Source of the DNA: Nitrosopumilus sp. | GTDB lineage: Archaea; Thermoproteota; Nitrososphaeria; Nitrososphaerales; Nitrosopumilaceae | Direction of reading: 5' to 3' | NCBI GenBank assembly: GCA_965206745.1 | Contig: OZ242220.1 | Location: 480,001-544,000, forward strand | DNA: 64,000 bases | Shown here: one piece after another, positions 30,874-41,334 of the stretch | How positions within the stretch are numbered: the first letter of the stretch is position 1 | Layout: each line of letters begins with the position of its first letter | Notes under the pieces: generated by a model | Told to the model about the DNA's origin: nothing | The model's database searches: none | Seen by the model: only the letters and a program-made list of their open reading frames with translations | Position numbers and translations under genes: made by a program

Positions 30874-33800
30874 TTTTTGGCTCCTTTATAATCGCAAAGA
30901 TTGAATTTATTGTTCCACCATCTGTAATATTAAATTGCTTTAATGTTTTTTTAACGGCAATGTACACTGTTTTTTCTTTGATCATTGTACCTCTCCAACT
31001 GTCTGCCTTGCTTGCAATAATTGCTTTATCAACTGCTAATGCAATTTCATCATTAGCATTCAAATTATCATAGAGTGCTTGTTTTCCCTTAGAGTCTATA
31101 CTAACAGGATATTTTATATCTCTAGACTGATTTGTTGCTTTCTTGCAAAGTTCTGTAATTTTATCCAGATATTGCTCGTACTTGATAATTTTCTTTTTTC
31201 TTTCAGCAATAAGTTCTTTGAGTAAGATAGACATTCTTTCATAATATTTTGGATTCGTAGGTCTCTCTTCAGTAATTAATCTTCTAACATTGTTTTCAAT
31301 TACTTCAGCAAGTGTGTTTTCGTTTTTACTGATATTTTTTGGAATTTTTGTAATTGTATAATTAATACCTTTTTTTACAATCATTTCAATAAGTGTAAGA
31401 TTATCAAATGCGGATATTTTTTCACTTTCGTTTGCACTAATGTATGTATCAAGTAGATGTCTCATTGCAGGTTCAAATGCCTTCAAATCAATATAATCTC
31501 CACTGGCAAGTTTGATTTCTTGTCTGACTCCAAGATAATGAGTAACCTCTTCTTTGATTTTTAATGCCTCTTTTTTGGTGTACCCTGCAACTGTCATTTC
31601 ATTTGCAAGATTAGAATATGCCCTTAATAATGATGAAGACATTTTGTATAGTGCAACTCTTCTTTGAGCAGTCTTCTTTAGATCAACTTCAGGTGCAAAA
31701 AAGTCAATATAATCGGGTGTTTCTTTTGGTGGTTTGACAGGATCACATAATGCACGAATGTTTTCAAGTTCTGTATCGAGTTTAGTCTTTGCAACTGATA
31801 TTCTATCTTTGAGTATTCCTTTGATATCTACTTTATCGTATCCGTCTAGTGCTTCTGAAGTATAGTCAGTAACTGATTTTTCTAAACTTTTGAAGAGATC
31901 CTTGTAGTCAATGATGTAACCATAGTCCTTGTCATCACCATCTAATCTGTTGACTCTACAAATTGCTTGGAATAGACCATGATCTTTCATTGATTTGTCA
32001 ATGTAAAGATATGTTGCTGGAGGTGCATCAAAACCTGTCAAAAGTTTGTCAACAACAATTAGCAGTTTCATTTGTTCAGGTTCTTTCACAAATTTTTCTT
32101 TGACTTCTCTTTCAAAATCTTTTATCTTTTTACCATCAAGCATTTTTTGATATATTTCATACTTGACAATGTTATCAGTATCTTCATCAAGACTGGTTGT
32201 CTCACCTTTGATAGAACTGATATGTGGATTGTAAGAAGTAATAATTGCACATTTTTTTAATTTATTTTTTTGAAATATTTCATAATATTTGCATGCCTCG
32301 TAAATACTACCAGCAATCAATAATGCGTTACCTTTTCCTGTTAAAAGTCTAGGTTTTGTTTCTAGATCCAGTATAATGTCTGCCACAATTTTTTCTAGTC
32401 TAGACTGTGAACTTAGAATTTTTTGCATTGTTGCCCATTTTTCCTTTAATCTTGTTACTGCGTAATCTGTCAATCCATTTGTCTTTGCTTCAAACCACTT
32501 GTCAACTTTGTCTTTTGATGTTACTTTTTGATCAATCTTCCGTGCTTCGATTTTAAGATCAAGAATTACCTTATCCTTTACAGCTTCGTCATACTTGTAT
32601 GTGTGAATATATCCGCCAAATACGTCCAGACTACTCTTCTTGTCTTTTTTCAGTAATGGAGTTCCAGTGAATCCCACAAACACTGAATTGGGAATGATTG
32701 ATTTCATTGCATCATGCATTTTTCCACTTTGTGTTCTGTGGCATTCATCAACAAAGACGTAAATGTCTCCCTTTACTTTGAAATCTTTTGGAATTTTAGA
32801 AAATATCTCAACAAAGTCATCTTCTTGCTCTGATTGGGTATGATCAAACTTGTGAATTAAAGAACAAATTAACCAAGGTTTTGCATTGTCTAGCTTTTTG
32901 ATAAGATCTCGTCCACTCTTTGTTCTATATATTGTCTCACCAATTCCATAGAATCTTTGTTCTATTTGATTATCTAGTTCATCACGATCGGTAATTATTA
33001 TCACTCGTGAGTCATTGATGTTTTCTCTAATCCACTTTGCAACCCAGATCATAGCGAGTGTCTTACCGCTACCTTGAGTATGCCATATAATTCCTCCTTC
33101 TCTTTTTTTGAGTTTTTTCTGAGTTTCTTTTACTGCAAAGTATTGATTGTGTCGCGCAATTTTCTTTTGACCTAGATCAAATACAATAAAGTCGTGAATT
33201 AGTTCCAAAAATCTCTCTTTTTTGCATAATACAGATAATCCACCATCAAGCTTATTTCTTATTCTAGTTTTTTCTTTCCAATTGAGATAGTATTTTTCAG
33301 AGGTCTCAATTACCCCGTATCTCAACCCTTCAGAATCATTTCCTGCCATGACAAGTTGAATCGTCCCAAAAAAATTACGAATAAATTCTGGTTTCTGGTT
33401 ATCAAGATTCTGTCTGATTCCCTCTGAAACTGAAACTTTACTTCTTTTTAACTCTAAAACTCCAAGAGCAATTCCATTTACATATAGTACAATATCGGGT
33501 CTCTTTCTGTTTTGACCTGCTACTGTAACTTCTTCAGCAATGTAAAAGTCATTTTTTAGAGGTTCTTTCCAGTTGATTAGTTGAATGGTTTGTTTCTTGT
33601 CTTTGATGTTTTCTTTTACTGAAATACCATATCGCAGAAAACTGTATATTTCTTTGTTGATGTGGTATAGACTTTTATTCTGATTTCTTGAAACCTTTTC
33701 AATATGACTGATTGTTTTTTTGATTAAAAAGTCATCATATTTTCCTTTGAGATATTTTGAAAGATATTCTTTTTCGATATTGGTGTTTTCTTCTCTTTTC

Positions 33801-33892
33801 TCCCAATTTCCAAGATATGTATACTTCAATTCTTTTTGAAAAAATTTGATTACTCTATCTTGAGTTTTTCTTTCAATCTGCCCTACTTTCAT
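30863..33892 (-). CDS. hsdR: type I restriction enzyme R subunit (locus 1)
   Basis: RPDIVLYVNGIALGVLELK nuclease motif, HTQGSGKT, DECHR, GFTGTP, LTGFDAP. Confidence 0.95.
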   Translation of the reverse strand: MKVGQIERKTQDRVIKFFQKELKYTYLGNWEKREENTNIEKEYLSKYLKGKYDDFLIKKTISHIEKVSRNQNKSLYHINKEIYSFLRYGISVKENIKDKKQTIQLINWKEPLKNDFYIAEEVTVAGQNRKRPDIVLYVNGIALGVLELKRSKVSVSEGIRQNLDNQKPEFIRNFFGTIQLVMAGNDSEGLRYGVIETSEKYYLNWKEKTRIRNKLDGGLSVLCKKERFLELIHDFIVFDLGQKKIARHNQYFAVKETQKKLKKREGGIIWHTQGSGKTLAMIWVAKWIRENINDSRVIIITDRDELDNQIEQRFYGIGETIYRTKSGRDLIKKLDNAKPWLICSLIHKFDHTQSEQEDDFVEIFSKIPKDFKVKGDIYVFVDECHRTQSGKMHDAMKSIIPNSVFVGFTGTPLLKKDKKSSLDVFGGYIHTYKYDEAVKDKVILDLKIEARKIDQKVTSKDKVDKWFEAKTNGLTDYAVTRLKEKWATMQKILSSQSRLEKIVADIILDLETKPRLLTGKGNALLIAGSIYEACKYYEIFQKNKLKKCAIITSYNPHISSIKGETTSLDEDTDNIVKYEIYQKMLDGKKIKDFEREVKEKFVKEPEQMKLLIVVDKLLTGFDAPPATYLYIDKSMKDHGLFQAICRVNRLDGDDKDYGYIIDYKDLFKSLEKSVTDYTSEALDGYDKVDIKGILKDRISVAKTKLDTELENIRALCDPVKPPKETPDYIDFFAPEVDLKKTAQRRVALYKMSSSLLRAYSNLANEMTVAGYTKKEALKIKEEVTHYLGVRQEIKLASGDYIDLKAFEPAMRHLLDTYISANESEKISAFDNLTLIEMIVKKGINYTITKIPKNISKNENTLAEVIENNVRRLITEERPTNPKYYERMSILLKELIAERKKKIIKYEQYLDKITELCKKATNQSRDIKYPVSIDSKGKQALYDNLNANDEIALAVDKAIIASKADSWRGTMIKEKTVYIAVKKTLKQFNITDGGTINSIFAIIKEPKNGY

Positions 33893-35088
33893 TTCAATCT
33901 AATTTCCCCTGTTAGTAATTTTTGCATCATTCCTTGTTTTATGTTGATGTATTTGTCTCGTTGTTTTTCTAGTTGATTAATTTCTAATTTCATATCAGAA
34001 AAAATTTTCATAATAGAATTTTGTTCATTGATTTTTGGAATTTTTAATTCTAAAAACTGATATTCTGATAACCAGTATCTTTTATGATCTCCTACGACAA
34101 AATCAATTATTTGCATCATTTCAAAAATAAATTCTAAATTTACTTTAGTATTTTTCTTCTTTAATATTTTCATTGCAGAAGATTTGACTTTGAAAGGAAA
34201 AGTTACAAATTTTGTATCCGTAGTAAAATCATCAAAAATTATTACTGGAATATCTTGAAAAATACTACTTTGTTCGTGGGTATATCCCAAAACAAAAGTT
34301 TTTCCTGCGGTTAAAACAGGAATAGAAAAAGCATCATTGTAGTTTGTATCCCTTATCAAATATTTTGTAGGTTGCTCATAATCCAATAATTCTCCAAATT
34401 TTTTAGTGTCCCATTCTCCACTAAACCCTTCTAATCTTTTCCTTCCTGTTAAAAATTCCTGTATTATTCCTTGTTTGATATTTTTTAACTTTGTGATTAG
34501 GCAGTCTAATTGTTTGATTAGTTTATCTGTATCTGATAATGATATTACAATTTTTTTTTGTTCGGTAATATCAGGAATTACAAAAGAAAAATTTACAAAA
34601 TCTTTTTGATAGAGATGAGTTATAGTTGAACCTGCAGTAAGTTTGACTAAAAAATTTTTAAAATAATTTGATAGAAAAAGATAATATAAAAATGAAGATA
34701 AATAACTATTATTTTTAGAATGGATTACAAATATTCCAGTATTTAATGTGGTGGGAAGCGACAAGGAATCTACATAAGCAATTTTTCCAATAGTTCCATC
34801 TTTTGTTACTAGTATATCTCCAATTTTTAGTTGAATATTTCTATCCTGTTCAAATCTTTTTTTGTCAACATAAACACATGTGTCCCAACTAATCTTTCCA
34901 TTTTTAAAATCTGTTCCTGTAACAAGATAGAACTTTCCATGCATTTTATATTCTGCAGTTGTTAGTCCTTGCCATCCTATTCTAGCTTTTAAAGTTGAAT
35001 CATCTAAAATATTTCCTATTTTCCAATCTTCAGGAATTGGTCCAAGTTCTGTTTGTTTGAAACCTTTCTTGATCTTTTGTTCTACCAT
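33889..35088 (-). CDS. hsdS: type I restriction enzyme S subunit (locus 1)
   Basis: IPEDW, EQKKI, KQGIIQEFLTG and KQGMMQKLLTG conserved regions flanking two TRDs. Confidence 0.93.
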   Translation of the reverse strand: MVEQKIKKGFKQTELGPIPEDWKIGNILDDSTLKARIGWQGLTTAEYKMHGKFYLVTGTDFKNGKISWDTCVYVDKKRFEQDRNIQLKIGDILVTKDGTIGKIAYVDSLSLPTTLNTGIFVIHSKNNSYLSSFLYYLFLSNYFKNFLVKLTAGSTITHLYQKDFVNFSFVIPDITEQKKIVISLSDTDKLIKQLDCLITKLKNIKQGIIQEFLTGRKRLEGFSGEWDTKKFGELLDYEQPTKYLIRDTNYNDAFSIPVLTAGKTFVLGYTHEQSSIFQDIPVIIFDDFTTDTKFVTFPFKVKSSAMKILKKKNTKVNLEFIFEMMQIIDFVVGDHKRYWLSEYQFLELKIPKINEQNSIMKIFSDMKLEINQLEKQRDKYINIKQGMMQKLLTGEIRLK

Positions 35089-37484
35089 CTGAATCCCATC
35101 TGCTCCAAATGCTGATCAACTTTTACTGATAATGTTTTCACATCCTCATTTAATTCAGGTAATCTTATCTCATATCTTTCTGCAAGCTCTTTTATTCTTC
35201 CAATTAATGTATGGGAAATATATTCAATTTCTTCATCGATTGAATGATTTATTGAGGCTAGCCACTTATCCTGAATGATAATTTCCTTTATCTCTGGTTC
35301 GTTTAGTTGTTGATATCTCTCTAGCACATCTTTGTTTAGTTTTGATTCTGCTTCTTTGATATGTTTTTTTAGAATTTTTTCTTGTTCTGTTAGTTTTTGA
35401 TATTCGATTAATATTTTTAATTCATCGAAAAATTCATGATCGTTTTCTATCTCTTTGATTCTTTTTGGAATATCTTTTTTGTTTATTTTTTTATCATTTC
35501 TGACATCAATAAACAGATCCTCTTCACCTTGATTATCATCCATTTCCTGCATTTGTCGTTTAATATCGTTCAATTTTTTCTCTAATTCTTCAATTTGATT
35601 TTTTTCTTTTAGAAAATATTTGTCAATTACAACATCTTTTGGAATTAACTCACTATCCCAGTTTATTACCTTGTCTTTTTTATCTTTGATTTCATATATT
35701 ACAACATTCCACCCATTCATTGAAATAAGATATACATCATCCTGCATAGTTTCTTCCCAATATGTCATTAATTTTTGATAGATATTATACTCGTCAATAA
35801 GATCATCAATTTTTGAGAATTTTTCTAGTATGTCTTCAGAAATTATTGAGATAAACTCTTTTGGTTTGGAGCCTATATCCATCTCAATAAATAGAGAATA
35901 ATTGTTTACCTTCCAAGATTCAAATGATTTTTTGAATATTTCTAAGAATTTCTTAAACTCTGTATGTTCAAAGATTGTTGATTTGATTTCTGACTTGTCA
36001 ATATTGAGTTTTAGATATCCTTTTCTGAGTGTGGAGAAGAGTAATTTTCTAATATTTGGATAGACTTTCCAATATTTCTCAAGATCATCAATATCTTTTC
36101 TTGGGATTCCTCCTTTAAGATGTCCTTCGATATCTTGAATGTCTTCTTTTTCTTCGTTGTCAATATATCTGGGAATATTTAGATTATAATCATTTTTCTC
36201 ATCACAAATTTCAGAAATTGGAACTAGTCTTGAGAATTTTGGAATCTCTAGTTGTTTTGTAAATGCATCAACTATCTTGCGAATATTCTTTGCTTGCAAT
36301 CTGTTTTTATTTCCATCCTTGACAAATCCTTCCTTCGCATTAATCATAAAAATACCTTTTCTGCTCTGGGCATTTTCTTTATCTAAAACTATGATCGATG
36401 CAGGAATGCTAGTTCCATAAAACAGATTAGGCGGTAATCCGATTATTCCTTTGATAAATCCTCGATTGATTATGTTCTTTCTAATTTCTGCCTCCACATT
36501 TCCTCTAAATAATACGCCATGGGGTAGAATGATTGCACCCTTGCCAGTACTCTTTAGAGATTTTAAGACGTGTAATAGAAATGCATAATCTCCATTTTTC
36601 TTTGGAGGAATTCCATATTCAACAAATCTATCAAATTCATCATCAGTTTCGTTTATTCCATTGCTCCAAGATTTAAAAGAGAAAGGAGGATTTGAGACTA
36701 TCAAATTAAAAGTCTTGAGTTTGCTATTTTTTTTGAATAATGGATTTGCTATAGTGTTTCCTTGTTGAATATCTGCATCAATATTATTATGTATCCACAT
36801 GTTCATCATTGCCATTGCTTTTGTTGCAACATCGTTTTCTTGTCCGTAAATTGTAATTCCTTTTGGTGTTTCATGGGCTACTTTGAGAAGTAAAGAACCA
36901 GATCCTGCTGTGGGATCATATACAGTTTGATCTTTTCTTTTTATATTACTTGCACCAATAACTTTGGCAATTATTTGAGATACCTCAGAAGGAGTATAGA
37001 ACTGGCCTTTTGCTTTTCCAGATTCTGTTGCAAATTTTCTCATTAAATATTCATATGCGTCACCAAGCAAGTCATCTCCATCAGCCCTGTTTTTATTAAA
37101 ATTTAATAATTTACTTTGAAAAATAGATATAAGATTTGTAAGCTTGTCTACTTTTTCCTTTCCGGAACCAAGTTTGTCTGAATCATCAAAGTCTGCCTCA
37201 TCAATTATTCCACTTAGATCATTTTCTTCTGCAAGTTTTTTAATAATTTTATTCATTCCTTCACCAATTCCAGGTTTGCCCTTGAGTGCAATCATATCAT
37301 CAAAACCTCCACCTTTCGAAATAGTGATGGCAACATCTTTTTGGTTCTTGTACTTGTCAGAGATATATTTTACAAATAGAATTGATAGAATGTAATCTTT
37401 GTATTGAGAAGGATCCATACCTCCTCTAAATTCATCACAACTCTGCCAAAGTTGACTGTAAATTTCACTTTTTTTGATTGCCAT
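35082..37484 (-). CDS. hsdM: type I restriction enzyme M subunit (locus 1)
   Basis: GQFYTP, YDPTAGSGSLL, SNPPFS, GVLFRG. Confidence 0.95.
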   Translation of the reverse strand: MAIKKSEIYSQLWQSCDEFRGGMDPSQYKDYILSILFVKYISDKYKNQKDVAITISKGGGFDDMIALKGKPGIGEGMNKIIKKLAEENDLSGIIDEADFDDSDKLGSGKEKVDKLTNLISIFQSKLLNFNKNRADGDDLLGDAYEYLMRKFATESGKAKGQFYTPSEVSQIIAKVIGASNIKRKDQTVYDPTAGSGSLLLKVAHETPKGITIYGQENDVATKAMAMMNMWIHNNIDADIQQGNTIANPLFKKNSKLKTFNLIVSNPPFSFKSWSNGINETDDEFDRFVEYGIPPKKNGDYAFLLHVLKSLKSTGKGAIILPHGVLFRGNVEAEIRKNIINRGFIKGIIGLPPNLFYGTSIPASIIVLDKENAQSRKGIFMINAKEGFVKDGNKNRLQAKNIRKIVDAFTKQLEIPKFSRLVPISEICDEKNDYNLNIPRYIDNEEKEDIQDIEGHLKGGIPRKDIDDLEKYWKVYPNIRKLLFSTLRKGYLKLNIDKSEIKSTIFEHTEFKKFLEIFKKSFESWKVNNYSLFIEMDIGSKPKEFISIISEDILEKFSKIDDLIDEYNIYQKLMTYWEETMQDDVYLISMNGWNVVIYEIKDKKDKVINWDSELIPKDVVIDKYFLKEKNQIEELEKKLNDIKRQMQEMDDNQGEEDLFIDVRNDKKINKKDIPKRIKEIENDHEFFDELKILIEYQKLTEQEKILKKHIKEAESKLNKDVLERYQQLNEPEIKEIIIQDKWLASINHSIDEEIEYISHTLIGRIKELAERYEIRLPELNEDVKTLSVKVDQHLEQMGFRW

Positions 37485-37489
37485 TTAGA

Positions 37490-38431
37490 TCACTTTTGCT
37501 TTTTACTCTGATATATTTTTTCAATCAAAGGAATTGCTTTTGCAATGTCGTCAAAATTTTTTATTGAAGAGCGAAAATTTCCTATTCCATGATGCCCAAT
37601 GTTTGAAACATCTTTTACAAACTTGGAAGTTTCAAGTAGAGTCATGTCACTTGTGGAATAATTGAGAGTAATTTTGGTTTTCAGTGCTTCTAGTGTACAT
37701 ATTGAAGAACCACCATCTCGTAGATAGTAACCACCATAAATTTTCCTTTGTTTAAACTCTACATCTTCAAATATTTTTTCAATTGTTTTCTTTAACTCAC
37801 CCCACAATTTTTTTATCTCGTCAGTAGGATGCTGATTATGATATTTTCCTGTAAGGTATTCCTCCTCAGTGTATTCTGATAGTCTAATTCTTACTTTAGT
37901 TGATTTTGGAGAATTTGGACTTTGAATTTGAGAATCTCCCATTCGGTTTAGAGTAATTATGTTGTCTTGATATTTTTTTATCTCATAGAGCTCAATAGGC
38001 AGTCCTTGAAAACCACTTGCTCTTTTTTGATATTTTGTGTATTCTTGTGAAATGAAAATTACACGTGTTTCATCCCAGTTGATATCCTTCACATCTGATG
38101 TTTTGTTCATTTTCTTGTTATAGAGCAGAACAAGGTTTTCTTTTCTCTCATGTAGTAATTGATAGTAACTTACCCCTTGATCAATTAGAGAGTAATTTTT
38201 AATTTTTTTGTATTCTATTATGACAAATGATTTTTTTTCAGAATCAAATGCTATAGTGTCAGGTCTTAGATCCTTTATCTGAAATTCAGTCTCAATAAAC
38301 TCTAATTCTGGAAATATTGAATCTAGGTTTTTTTCAACCATGTTCTGAATTATTTCTTCCAAATCAAATGCCTCTTGATGACTTTCTACTAGATTGTTCT
38401 TTTTTGATTGAAAAATTCTCATCAGAATCAA
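37490..38431 (-). CDS. NucS/DUF91-like PD-(D/E)XK nuclease with C-terminal DUF5655-like domain
   Basis: E..IQ..LEFIETEF..RPDTIA..VIIEYK..IDQGVSYY. The C-terminal DVSNIGHHGIG motif resembles DUF5655. Confidence 0.7.
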   Translation of the reverse strand: MILMRIFQSKKNNLVESHQEAFDLEEIIQNMVEKNLDSIFPELEFIETEFQIKDLRPDTIAFDSEKKSFVIIEYKKIKNYSLIDQGVSYYQLLHERKENLVLLYNKKMNKTSDVKDINWDETRVIFISQEYTKYQKRASGFQGLPIELYEIKKYQDNIITLNRMGDSQIQSPNSPKSTKVRIRLSEYTEEEYLTGKYHNQHPTDEIKKLWGELKKTIEKIFEDVEFKQRKIYGGYYLRDGGSSICTLEALKTKITLNYSTSDMTLLETSKFVKDVSNIGHHGIGNFRSSIKNFDDIAKAIPLIEKIYQSKKQK

Positions 38432-39069
38432 AAAAGATATCTATTGTCTCTTAGATAAAGGATCTTATGAAAATCACAATTGCCAGAAAAATTAATCTCA
38501 GTTTTGATGTTAAATAGTCTAAATATTTCGTATGAGATCGTTACTTAAAAAACTAGACATAAATATTTTCAACAATATTGATTCATCTTAACTAAAAGGG
38601 ATAGGTAACCTCATACAATATTTTGATGGAGAAAAATAATCGTATGCTAAGCAAGTAAGAAAAAGAATATCTCCAGTGTAATCTTGTTCATCAAAAAACT
38701 ATGAACATAAATTTATTTTATCAAAAAGAAGATAAAAACACAAGTAAACTAGATTGACGTCGACGATCTCTGATGAATATCTGACATCTTTCTTTATTAT
38801 ATCTGGATTACATGTGGCTGTAATCATCACAATCATGTGAGGGATACATTGCATACGAGACCCAGAGGTTTCTAGTGATCTCCACATGTATGGCATTTGG
38901 GCTGCAGGAATCATAATAATAGTAGTTGCAGGTTGTCAGATACTTTGTTTTTAGTTTTCTGGGATTAGTGTTAGACACAAATTACCATTAATACAAAACT
39001 TGTCTGTTATTGAAATCTGTAATTTTACAACCAAATCCAGCAATGTTTTTCATGAATGTGAAAAATCAA

Positions 39070-39141
39070 AGGTACCCGAGGGAGTCGAACCCCCTTGTAT
39101 AAGCTTTGCAGGCTCACGCATAACCGTTCTGCCAGAGTACC
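39070..39141 (-). tRNA. tRNA-Cys(GCA)
   Basis: Reverse complement GGTACTC..TGAGC-CTGCAAA-GCTTA..GGGGG-TTCGACT-CCCTC GGGTACC T folds as a cloverleaf. Confidence 0.92.
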
Positions 39142-39180
39142 GTTTTAAAAAACACAAAATGAACAATTAAACTCTTTAGA

Positions 39181-39402
39181 TTAGAATTTGCTAAATGACT
39201 TTGAGGCCAGCTTTACATCCTCGCCCTTTACCGTCTTTCTGCCGGCATGCGATGTCATATCGACTGCACCCTTGGCAATATTGTCTGCAATCCCCTCTAT
39301 CACCCTTCGTAGTTCCTCTGCTGACTCGTCGCTGACCCTCTCTGCACCTGCCTTTTTTAGAATCCTGTACATTGCAGCATGTCCCAACTCTGATGATCTC
39401 AT
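39181..39402 (-). CDS. archaeal histone (HMf-like histone fold)
   Basis: [26 protein letters not shown]. Confidence 0.93.
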   Translation of the reverse strand: MRSSELGHAAMYRILKKAGAERVSDESAEELRRVIEGIADNIAKGAVDMTSHAGRKTVKGEDVKLASKSFSKF

Positions 39403-39498
39403 GAATCTTGTTTTGATTTTTTCCGAAAAAGGATAAAGAGTGAAAAAATATCACCAAGGGATCGATTTATACAGACTATCTCAACGATTCATAAAGAA

Positions 39499-40248
39499 AT
39501 GACCTGGTATTTTGATTCCCACATCCATCTCTCTGATTCCCAGTATGCCTCTGATATGGAGTTTCTCTTGATGCAGATGAAATGTTTAAAGATCAAGGCC
39601 TGCTGCGTATCAATGGACTATGAGAACTCGCTGCAGACCCTGGAGCTTGCCAAAAAAAGTGATCTGATCCTGCCCTTTATCGGAATCCATCCAGAGTGCT
39701 CCGGTGACGGACTGGAGGATGTCTCAAGGCTGATTGAGGAGAACCATGGTATCATATCTGGAATAGGCGAGATTGGACTGGATCCTACCTATGTGGATAC
39801 GGATCACACAAGGCAGAGTAAAGTGTTTGAGACTATGCTGATGCTGGCTGAAAAGTTTGACAAGCCGGTATCCATCCATTCCAGAAAGAGCCTTGATGAT
39901 GTCTTTGAAACCATGACCTCATATGATACCAAGCACGCGTTGTTACACTGGTTTGATGGAAGCAAAAAGCAGCTGCGAAAAGCAATGGATATGGGATTTT
40001 TTGTATCCTATGGTCCCGTGATGGTCTATGCCAATGACAAGCAGACCCTGCTCTCAAAGACTGACGAGTCTAGGATTCTTGTAGAGACTGATGGGCCTGT
40101 GAGGTTTTCTAGATGCTTTGAGATGAAGTCTGCACAGGTCAGCTTTATTCCAAGTGTGATATTTTGTGCATCAAAGATACTTGGCAAACCATTTGATGAG
40201 ATGGCATCCCTGCTGGAGTCAAATACAAACTCGTTTCTAGGGGTATAG
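39499..40248 (+). CDS. tatD: TatD family hydrolase
   Basis: DSHIH, GIHP, IGEIGLD, SIHSR, LVETDGP. Confidence 0.93.
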   Translation: MTWYFDSHIHLSDSQYASDMEFLLMQMKCLKIKACCVSMDYENSLQTLELAKKSDLILPFIGIHPECSGDGLEDVSRLIEENHGIISGIGEIGLDPTYVDTDHTRQSKVFETMLMLAEKFDKPVSIHSRKSLDDVFETMTSYDTKHALLHWFDGSKKQLRKAMDMGFFVSYGPVMVYANDKQTLLSKTDESRILVETDGPVRFSRCFEMKSAQVSFIPSVIFCASKILGKPFDEMASLLESNTNSFLGV

Positions 40249-40255
40249 GTTGGAT

Positions 40256-40468
40256 TCATCTGCTATTTTGGATGATCAGCATGTTAAAGTCATGCATGTT
40301 GTCCTGTATTGATAACTCTACTGCCTCTTTCATATTCTCCATGATTTCCCCGTATGTTTGACCCTGTGAGAAAGCATGCAACTCATCGCAACTGCCTATA
40401 AAACCGCCGTCAATCTTATCGGGAGTTATGAGTATGGTGTATGTCTTTTTTTGTACTATTGAATCCAT
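40256..40468 (-). CDS. HicB-family antitoxin-like protein (orphan)
   Basis: YTILITPD..GGFIGSCDELHAFSQGQT..E..ENMKEAVEL. No adjacent hicA seen. Confidence 0.75.
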   Translation of the reverse strand: MDSIVQKKTYTILITPDKIDGGFIGSCDELHAFSQGQTYGEIMENMKEAVELSIQDNMHDFNMLIIQNSR

Positions 40469-40571
40469 GATGTACCGTTTAATCACAAGGTGACAAAATA
40501 AAGTTTTATGATATATTTGGAGACCAATACGATAAAATATTCGAGGAACTGCATCAGATATTGATTAATTC

Positions 40572-41195
40572 ATGACTGAGTTTGATATTGATACAACTTT
40601 ACAGTCTCTATCCCAAATTCGCCCAATTTTTCACAATGAAGCAGATTTCCAATTTGCATTTGCATGGGAAATTCAAAAGCAATATTCAGATTACAACATT
40701 AGGTTAGAATACAAAGTCCCTACATTTGGTAATCGCTATACGGACATATGGATAAACGGCAAAAATCCTATTGCAATTGAATTAAAATACAAGCCAGTTT
40801 CAATGAATCTGCAGCATAATAAAGAGACATTTGAATTGAAAAATCAGGGTGCGGAAGATCTTGGCAGATACGATTTTCTAAAGGATGTTCAAAGGTTGGA
40901 AGAAATTATTATGAAATATCCTGAAACTAGCGCATATGCCATCATGATAACAAATGATAGTCTGTATTGGAGAAATCCGTCAAAACTCGATTCTATTGAT
41001 AAAGACTTTAAGATACATCAAGGTCGAAACATTCATGGCACCTTATCGTGGTCACCAAAGGTAGGAAAGGGCACTACAGAGAACAAGGATCCAATACAAA
41101 TTCATGGCAAATACTGCATGAATTGGCAAAGCTATTCTGACATTGATCAAGAATATGAAAAATTCAGAATGTTATGCTTGCAAATTAATTCATAA
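40572..41195 (+). CDS. putative PD-(D/E)XK nuclease
   Basis: FHNEADFQ..RLEY..TDIWI..IAIELKYK pattern. Confidence 0.6.
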   Translation: MTEFDIDTTLQSLSQIRPIFHNEADFQFAFAWEIQKQYSDYNIRLEYKVPTFGNRYTDIWINGKNPIAIELKYKPVSMNLQHNKETFELKNQGAEDLGRYDFLKDVQRLEEIIMKYPETSAYAIMITNDSLYWRNPSKLDSIDKDFKIHQGRNIHGTLSWSPKVGKGTTENKDPIQIHGKYCMNWQSYSDIDQEYEKFRMLCLQINS

Positions 41196-41251
41196 TTTGA
41201 TACGCCAGTAAAAGCATAATAAAAAACACATATGTAAAAATCAAAAATTAC

Positions 41252-41281
41252 TTGCGTCAATCCTGCAAAAATTTGATTCAA
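41252..41281 (+). repeat. degenerate copy of the hsdS dyad recombination site
   Basis: TTGCGTCAA-TCCTGCAAAAAT-TTGATTCAA. The first 14 bp match the hsdS-A distal site read on the minus strand, and the spacer is again 12 bp. Confidence 0.45.
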
Positions 41282-41334
41282 TCTTGGCTATGATCCTTTT
41301 GGAAGATTCACTTTCTCAGACTCTAAATTATACA

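Noticed and set aside
38699-38914. 71-aa ORF between R-M locus 1 and tRNA-Cys.
   Set aside because: No recognisable motif; probably degraded non-coding island sequence.
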